This document shows positions 57,771 through 64,000 of a DNA stretch of 64,000 nucleotides, one piece after another; position 1 is the stretch's first letter; every line of letters starts with the position of its first letter. The DNA is taken from positions 1,344,001 to 1,408,000 of the forward strand of contig CAXXVL010000002.1 in NCBI GenBank assembly GCA_963667845.2. Direction: 5' to 3'. The stretch comes from Smithellaceae bacterium (GTDB lineage Bacteria; Desulfobacterota; Syntrophia; Syntrophales; Smithellaceae). Under the pieces are notes generated by a model. It was not told the DNA's origin. It searched no databases and saw nothing but the letters and a program-made list of their open reading frames with translations. A program made the position numbers and the translations under genes.

Positions 57771-58900
57771 ATCCCTTAAGATTAAAAGCCATTGTCCGCA
57801 AAGAATTTTATCACCTGATCCGGGATTACCGCAGCCTGTATCTCGCCTTTGCCATTCCTCTGTTGTTGATCATCCTTTTCGGCTATGCGCTCAGTCTGGA
57901 TGTCGATCATATCAAGACCGTCGTCGTGGATTCCGACAAAACTGCACTGAGCCGCGATTTTGCCGGCAAGTTAGATGCATCGCCCTATTTTGATATCGTC
58001 GCCGGCCTCGACTCATCCGCGCAGATAGCCGACTATCTCGATCACGGCGAAGTTTCTGTGGCCATCGTCATTCCTCCCGACTTCACGAAAAATATCGGCG
58101 CGGATCGGGAAGCGCAGATGCAGGTGATCATCGACGGCAGCGATCCGATTTTTGCCGGAGCCGTACGCGGGTATTTAACCGCCTTCATCGAATCTTATAA
58201 TTCGAAGCTGCTGGCTTCGTTTCTCAACCGGCAGGGACTCACGACGATCAAGTCTCCCGTGGACGGCCGAATCCGCATCTGGTTTAATGAGGATCTGGAA
58301 AGCCGCAATTTTATCCTTCCGGGAATGATCGCCATCATCATCATGATTGTCGGCGCCATGCTGACATCCCTGGTGATCGCGCGGGAATATGAAAGCGGCA
58401 CGATGGAGACGATTAAGTCTCTGCCGATTCATGCGGGCGAAATGCTGTTGGGCAAGGCGATCCCTTATTTTTTTATCGGGTTCGCCAATGTGCTCATCGC
58501 CATGCTCCTGGGGCAGGTCCTTTTCGGCGTCGTGATGAAAGGGAGTTTCTGGCTGATGATCCTGGCCACATCTTTATATCTGGTGTGCGCGGTTTCCCTC
58601 GGGCTCCTGATTTCATCCGCGACCAAATCACAGTTAATGGCCAACCAGGCCGCGGTCATGCTGACCTATCTGCCGTCATTGCTTTTGTCTAATTTTGTCT
58701 TCCCCATCATCAATATGCCGATTGTGCTGCAGTGGGTGACGTATCTGGTTCCGGCCAGATACTACATCGATATTCTGGTGGGCGTCTATTTGCGCGATAC
58801 CGGCCTTAAGTATCTGGGCCCTGATATGGCGGTGTTAGGGGGCATGTGTCTGGTCATGATAGCACTCAATTACCTCATGCTGAAAAAGGAAGGTTTATGA
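57767..58900 (+). CDS. ABC-2 permease (YbhS-like)
   Basis: RKEFYHL, AREYESGTME, TM pattern. Confidence 0.9.
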   Translation: MNPLRLKAIVRKEFYHLIRDYRSLYLAFAIPLLLIILFGYALSLDVDHIKTVVVDSDKTALSRDFAGKLDASPYFDIVAGLDSSAQIADYLDHGEVSVAIVIPPDFTKNIGADREAQMQVIIDGSDPIFAGAVRGYLTAFIESYNSKLLASFLNRQGLTTIKSPVDGRIRIWFNEDLESRNFILPGMIAIIIMIVGAMLTSLVIAREYESGTMETIKSLPIHAGEMLLGKAIPYFFIGFANVLIAMLLGQVLFGVVMKGSFWLMILATSLYLVCAVSLGLLISSATKSQLMANQAAVMLTYLPSLLLSNFVFPIINMPIVLQWVTYLVPARYYIDILVGVYLRDTGLKYLGPDMAVLGGMCLVMIALNYLMLKKEGL

Positions 58901-60018
58901 ACTGGCCGCGGATTCGGGAATTGGTGCGCAAGGAATTTATTCAGCTCTTGCGGGATAAACGCAACCGGGTGGTTCTCTTCGTCGCGCCGCTTATCCAGAT
59001 GCTGGTTTTCGGCTATGTCGTCAACTATGATATCAGCAATATCCGTGTTGCGTTTGTGGATTATTCCCATACCCGGGAAAGTCGCGCTCTGGCCGATGCC
59101 TTCGAGGGCAGCCGCATTTTTTCCATTACGCATACGTTAAGCGATGAACGAATGCTGGAGGATCTGCTCCTGCGAGGTCAGGTGGATATGGGGATAAAAA
59201 TTGCCCCTGACTTTGCGGCCTTAATCCGCAAGGGAGAGACGGCCGCCGTCCAGATTATCGCGGATGGCTCCATGAGCAATATGGCCTCGCTCAGGATGGC
59301 CTACACGGGCAGCGTCTTGCAGAAGTTCAACCAGGAAACGCTCCATGAACTCTATCCGCAGCCGATGAGCTATGGCCGGATCGATGCGCGCGTGCGCACC
59401 TGGTATAACCCCAATATCGAGAGCCAGTATTTCTTTGTTCCCGGCATTGTGGCGTTCGTCATTATGCTGATTTCCCTGCTTTTGACGTCGATTGCCATTA
59501 TCCGGGAAAAAGAAGCGGGCACCATGGAGCAGCTCATCGTGACGCCCCTGAAAGCTTATGAATTGATTCTCGGGAAAACGATTCCCTATATTATCATTTC
59601 CCTTGTCCAGTTGACGGTGGTTATTGTCGTCGCCATCACCTGGTTTGAAATACCGCTGGCGGGGAGTGTTCTGCTATTGCTTTTTGCCGCCTGTTTATTT
59701 CTGCTTTCCACGTTGGGCATTGGTCTGTTTATCTCGACCATATCCGCAACGCAGCAGCAGGCGATGATGACAACCTTCTTCTTTATCCTTCCTTTCTTCA
59801 TGCTCAGCGGCTTCGTTTTCCCTATTGCCAATATGCCGGTTGTTGTCCAGTGGCTGACCTACCTTAATCCTCTGAGGTATTTCCTCGTGATCCTGCGGGG
59901 CATTTTTCTGAAAGGTGTCGGGATGCATGTTCTCTGGTCTCAGTATGTCTACCTGGCCATTCTGGGAATCATCGTCTTTTCAGGTGCAATTGCCCGCTTT
60001 AAAAAACGGTTGGATTAG
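58897..60018 (+). CDS. ABC-2 permease (YbhR-like)
   Basis: RKEFIQL, REKEAGTMEQL, LSGFVFP. Confidence 0.9.
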   Translation: MNWPRIRELVRKEFIQLLRDKRNRVVLFVAPLIQMLVFGYVVNYDISNIRVAFVDYSHTRESRALADAFEGSRIFSITHTLSDERMLEDLLLRGQVDMGIKIAPDFAALIRKGETAAVQIIADGSMSNMASLRMAYTGSVLQKFNQETLHELYPQPMSYGRIDARVRTWYNPNIESQYFFVPGIVAFVIMLISLLLTSIAIIREKEAGTMEQLIVTPLKAYELILGKTIPYIIISLVQLTVVIVVAITWFEIPLAGSVLLLLFAACLFLLSTLGIGLFISTISATQQQAMMTTFFFILPFFMLSGFVFPIANMPVVVQWLTYLNPLRYFLVILRGIFLKGVGMHVLWSQYVYLAILGIIVFSGAIARFKKRLD

Positions 60019-60026
60019 GGTATGAG

Positions 60027-60065
60027 AAGGTACAAGGTGCAAGGTACAAGGTACAAGGTGCAAGG
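60027..60065 (+). repeat. Heptamer tandem repeat (AAGGTRC)x5.5
   Basis: AAGGTAC AAGGTGC AAGGTAC AAGGTAC AAGGTGC AAGG. Confidence 0.9.
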
Positions 60066-60072
60066 ATAAGGC

Positions 60073-61074
60073 ATGCTGAAAGTTATTGATGATGAAATGC
60101 TGATCCGGAAATATGCAAAACTTTTTGCCCGGAGTTTCAAACCGTTTACGGATGAGTCCATCAAAGTAAAACTGGGGCATCAGGGGGCAAGCTCCCAGGC
60201 GAAAGTTTCGTGGTCCAAAAAACTGGGTCTCTGGATATTTTCTCAAGCGACGAAAGAAGTCCGCTACTGGAACGCATTCGGCCGGAGCAAGCCGCAGGCA
60301 GGCGGTCACGTGCCGATCACGGCTGAAATCAATTTCCCCTGGGCGGGTATTGACCGCAAAACCGGCGCCGCATTTGCGCGCGACGCCTGGAACCGTACTT
60401 ACGTCATTCACCGCGGCAAAATCGGCGGCGGTAAAAAGGGAATCGGCAAATCCCTGTTTGAAGAATACTATCGGGGCGTCTGGGCCTGGATGGATGATGG
60501 CGACGCCCTGTCACAGGTTGCGGTTGTCGGCGCCCTCGGGAGCGGCCGCTTTGCTCTGCAGGTGGCTCAGTTCGTAGCGAAGATCGGGCGGTTGAAATCA
60601 ACAGCCGCTTTATCCCGGCAGACATCGCTCAATTTTTCCGAAGTCTCTTTTCATGAAGAACTGGTCGGAAGTCCGCCCCCGCTGCCGTTCGATGACGTGA
60701 CCTGTGCCTGCGATCGAAACCTGGTCCTAAGTCAGCTGGCTCAACTTCTCGAACGCTGGAAATTCAAAGTCGGCAATGATGTGAATCATGAGTTATTTCT
60801 TATCCACCCCGTCACAGACAGACTATCTCACGTATTGGCGGTTTCTGCCTGCGGCGAAGAGAGTCACGTCATGTCGACGGCCGCAAAATTGCTTCTGCAG
60901 CAGGCCGCCGAAGCCGATCATCCGGCCGCTATTCTCATCATGCCGGAAGAGGCGATGAATCTCTATCTTCAGCGACTGCAGCTGATTCACATTGACGTAC
61001 TGGCCTACCGGCTGGAGGGCGAACGAATCATATTCCCGGATCTGGGGAAAATCAGGCTCGACCAGAATTCTTAA
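60073..61074 (+). CDS. Hypothetical protein (333 aa)
   Basis: Long ORF with host-like composition; RYWNAFG and HRGKIGGG motifs. Confidence 0.7.
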   Translation: MLKVIDDEMLIRKYAKLFARSFKPFTDESIKVKLGHQGASSQAKVSWSKKLGLWIFSQATKEVRYWNAFGRSKPQAGGHVPITAEINFPWAGIDRKTGAAFARDAWNRTYVIHRGKIGGGKKGIGKSLFEEYYRGVWAWMDDGDALSQVAVVGALGSGRFALQVAQFVAKIGRLKSTAALSRQTSLNFSEVSFHEELVGSPPPLPFDDVTCACDRNLVLSQLAQLLERWKFKVGNDVNHELFLIHPVTDRLSHVLAVSACGEESHVMSTAAKLLLQQAAEADHPAAILIMPEEAMNLYLQRLQLIHIDVLAYRLEGERIIFPDLGKIRLDQNS

Positions 61075-61157
61075 TTGTAAAACGTCGCCAAAAAAGAATT
61101 AAATGTCAATGTTCCGGAGTATTCACAGTCCATCAGACTTCAACGGAAGGGAAAACC

Positions 61158-61532
61158 ATGATCAAGGAACGAAGAAAGCGCACCAGAGTTCCCGTCTGCT
61201 TTGACCTGAATATTGTTGTCGGGGGCAGAAAAATAAAGGTAGAAACTCAAAACATCAGCATGACCGGTGTCAGTTTCAGAAGCGCCGAGCCGTTTACGGT
61301 GAATGACAAATGTAAAATCCACCTGCGTCTCGATGAAGAAATTCAACTGTCGATTAGAGCCAAGATTCTTAGGTCCTGTGAAGAGGAAACGATTGCGTCA
61401 TTCATGGAGATGGATGAAGATAGCTTTTATCACTTAAAGAGGATTCTCCAGTATAACGCAGCCGATTCCGATCAAATTGAAAAAGAATTGGGAAAGCCTG
61501 CCTTTGCTAAACGGCCGGCACCGAACAAATGA
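61158..61532 (+). CDS. PilZ-domain protein
   Basis: RKRTR (RxxxR) and NISMTG (D/NxSxxG) motifs. Confidence 0.88.
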   Translation: MIKERRKRTRVPVCFDLNIVVGGRKIKVETQNISMTGVSFRSAEPFTVNDKCKIHLRLDEEIQLSIRAKILRSCEEETIASFMEMDEDSFYHLKRILQYNAADSDQIEKELGKPAFAKRPAPNK

Positions 61533-61689
61533 TTTCCGCCGGGATGTGCGAACACGAGTAAGCCGTCTCGGGAGTCGATCCCGGGCAGTTCGCCCCGAGC
61601 AGATGACGGAGGATCACTCTTCGGAAGATAAAAAAACCGGCGGCCCCGGTCCCCGGACCGCCGGAAAAATCAAAATGCCTAGCCAGAAA

Positions 61690-62943
61690 TTATTCGATGG
61701 GGCCGAATTTGGATTGGAAGCGAACCATGTTGGCCTTGCTCTTGGAGATCTTCTTGATATTCTCCCATTCCTTATCACTCTTGATCCACCAGAAATATTG
61801 ATTCGGTTCCGTCAGCTGACCGTTTTTGACCATTTGAACCGAACCGTTGATCAGGAGCCTTCCGTTATCGGCGATGCCGAATATTTCCGTAGGGATCCGA
61901 TCGCCCAAAATGGGCAGCGCTTTGGCAAATGAAGCGCGGATGGCGCGCACATCGGTTGTTGTGCCGGCGGCTTCAATCGCTTTGGACAGGGCAATCGTTG
62001 CACCGTAATTTCGATAGCATTCCGACGTCACGATTCGTTTATAGGTGCTCTGGAATTTCTTTATAAACGAAGAGGTTACGGGAACGGGGACGCTCGGGGG
62101 AGCGGCGACGCCGATCGTATTGTGCATCAGTTTGTAGCCCCTCAGCAGGTTGCCCATGTAATCGAGTTTCGCCTGGTCGATGCAGATGAATCCGCCTTTA
62201 AAGCCCATACCGCGCGCCTGCTCGATGACCAGAGCGGTTGTTGCGGAAGGACCGCCGATGAGCAGCGCATCCGGCTTGGTGCCCAGTGCCGCGGTGAGCG
62301 GTGCGGAAAAATCCGTTTCCGCGTAGTAGTTGGCGGGTTTATCGGTCGTGATGACCCCGCCGGATTTCTCCCATCTGTCTCGGAAAGCAACGCGCCATTC
62401 TTCACCATAACCGCCGGTGGTACAGACCATTGCTACTTTTTTCCAGCCTTCCTTCTGGGCCAGCTCGATAAACTGCTGAACATAGACCAGAAAGTTGGGG
62501 GCTGTTGTGCCGATAAGCAGTTTATTGCCGAGCTGAGTAACCTTGGGTGTGCTCGTGTAAGCCATGATAAGAAATTCATTTCCCTTTTCTTCGTTGATTT
62601 TGGCCATGGCCGCAAGCGTCGTAAACACGCCGTTATAAACGGCGATGGCGCCGCTGTTCTTGAAGCGTCTTGCGTTGTTGACGGCCGCCGTCGGGTCGTT
62701 GCGGTCATCGAGTTTTTCCAGTCTGAAATTATACTTCTTGCCCTTCACCGTGATGCCGCCGGCGGCGTTGATTTCGTTCACCGCCATGTCAACACCATAG
62801 AGCATATCCTGGCCATACTCAGCCGCCGGTCCGCTTAAAGGCCCTGAAAAACCGATGACGATATCCTGGGCGCTTGCGATGAACGCCCACAACATGACGA
62901 GACAGATAGCCGATAGAACAGTAATACCTTTCCCATGCTTCAT
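61690..62943 (-). CDS. ABC transporter substrate-binding protein (LivK-like)
   Basis: Signal peptide, GPLSGPAAEYG; start at MKHGK after GGAGG. Confidence 0.88.
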   Translation of the reverse strand: MKHGKGITVLSAICLVMLWAFIASAQDIVIGFSGPLSGPAAEYGQDMLYGVDMAVNEINAAGGITVKGKKYNFRLEKLDDRNDPTAAVNNARRFKNSGAIAVYNGVFTTLAAMAKINEEKGNEFLIMAYTSTPKVTQLGNKLLIGTTAPNFLVYVQQFIELAQKEGWKKVAMVCTTGGYGEEWRVAFRDRWEKSGGVITTDKPANYYAETDFSAPLTAALGTKPDALLIGGPSATTALVIEQARGMGFKGGFICIDQAKLDYMGNLLRGYKLMHNTIGVAAPPSVPVPVTSSFIKKFQSTYKRIVTSECYRNYGATIALSKAIEAAGTTTDVRAIRASFAKALPILGDRIPTEIFGIADNGRLLINGSVQMVKNGQLTEPNQYFWWIKSDKEWENIKKISKSKANMVRFQSKFGPIE

Positions 62944-63200
62944 CTTCCTTCCTCCTCCTCTTTTGTTTAGTATCCCTTGCTTCAATATCTTGAAAATCGA
63001 ATTATAAAGCCCGAGCGTAGGTGTGACGCTGCCAAAACAAAACGGATGGAACAAAATCAGCTTCGTTGATCTGTAAATCGTCTCTAAAGTATAATTAGTT
63101 TAATTACTTACAGTACAATATTCTATTTACTTTTGTGACGGCAGTATAGGAAAAACAAGAATGCCTGTCAATTGAATAAATACAAAAGGGGAAATTAATT

Positions 63201-63998
63201 TCACAAAGCGGTCTTCATCGCCTCATGCAAGCGGGCGGCGCGCAGACAAAAAGCTTCCAATTTCGCATTGATAATCTGCGGGAAAGGTGATCCGTCGCTT
63301 TCAATGGAAAGAAAAGGCAATTCGTCAAAGTCCGATAAGGTTTTGCTGAGGCGCGCATTGTCAGGATCGCTGGCGGCTTTGGTCTCGCGGTGCATGGCTT
63401 CGTTTAATATGGACTCTGCAATACGGCTAGGCATGCAGCCGAAGGGACCGATGGAAATGACGCCGCAGACCGAGGTCGCGATTTCGCGGATGGCGCTCCC
63501 GATCGTCAGGATTGCTTCCCCCGTCAGTTGCGGCGATATAAAAGGCAGGGCATGCCGGATGACGTCGCGAACATCGACCGGATGGGATAGAACAAGGCCC
63601 GAAGCGCTCATGACGGCATGCAGTTTTCTTGTGTAGCGTTCCACATATTTTTCAACCAGCAGGAATCTCAACCGCCCCGGAATGGAGAAATCATGCCGGA
63701 CGATGTTCTCTTTCACCAGATAGTCCGTATAGAGGATCCATTCGCCAACCGGCGAACAGATCACGGCGAAGCCCTTTTCAGCGAGCTTTTCCGTCAGATG
63801 TTGCCTAGACAGGTTGTCCCGTCTGACGAATATTTCTCCTACCAGAGCAACCACGGGCAGATCCGGGCGGGGACGACTGACGCCGGGGATGGCTTTCAGA
63901 CGGGCGAGGCTTTTCGTAAGCTCGGTCGTCAGGATTTTGAAATCGGTCTGCGTGAGTGACCGAATGAGCGTTGCCGCCTCATCCTCGAATATGCGCAT
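63201..63998 (-). CDS. C-terminal part of a 2-hydroxyacyl-CoA dehydratase activator-like (CoA activase) protein; truncated by window edge
   Basis: VALVGEIFVR, GEAILTIG, IGPFGCMP, IESDG. Confidence 0.75.
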   Translation of the reverse strand: MRIFEDEAATLIRSLTQTDFKILTTELTKSLARLKAIPGVSRPRPDLPVVALVGEIFVRRDNLSRQHLTEKLAEKGFAVICSPVGEWILYTDYLVKENIVRHDFSIPGRLRFLLVEKYVERYTRKLHAVMSASGLVLSHPVDVRDVIRHALPFISPQLTGEAILTIGSAIREIATSVCGVISIGPFGCMPSRIAESILNEAMHRETKAASDPDNARLSKTLSDFDELPFLSIESDGSPFPQIINAKLEAFCLRAARLHEAMKTAL

Positions 63999-64000
63999 CG

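Overview
Chromosomal DNA whose gene content (beta-oxidation enzymes, MglA/MglB, CoA activase) suggests an anaerobic deltaproteobacterium such as a Syntrophales member; the taxon is an inference. The main feature is a ~28.6 kb element (6888-35574) integrated in a tRNA-Thr(CGT) gene. It is bounded by a 48-bp repeat of the tRNA 3' half and by matching arm-type repeats. Its backbone is minimal: a tyrosine integrase, a DUF6499/DUF2285-like activator, an Xis-like HTH protein, an apparently inactivated AEP primase, a helicase-like protein and an iteron-type origin candidate. I recognised no relaxase, T4SS or capsid gene. Its cargo is mostly defence-related: a complete six-gene type 1 BREX system (BrxL ends in a PLD-like MIT_C domain), an IetA/IetS AAA-ATPase plus S8-protease pair and a PD-(D/E)xK nuclease. 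It also carries two uncharacterised modules, the best candidates for undescribed systems. One is an HTH-ParA ATPase with two in-frame starts, a small HeH/SAP-like partner and a 9-bp-periodic operator array. The other is a 2TM-GAF-like protein with a small ORF. A hairpin-rich non-coding tract with a dif/res-like palindrome cluster lies mid-element. Beyond attR are remnants of an older island, a GAF-PilB ATPase, an expanded roadblock/MglB/MglA cluster, a DEAD-box helicase, a TetR-regulated ABC exporter operon and housekeeping genes. All family calls come from reading motifs by eye; no database searches were run.
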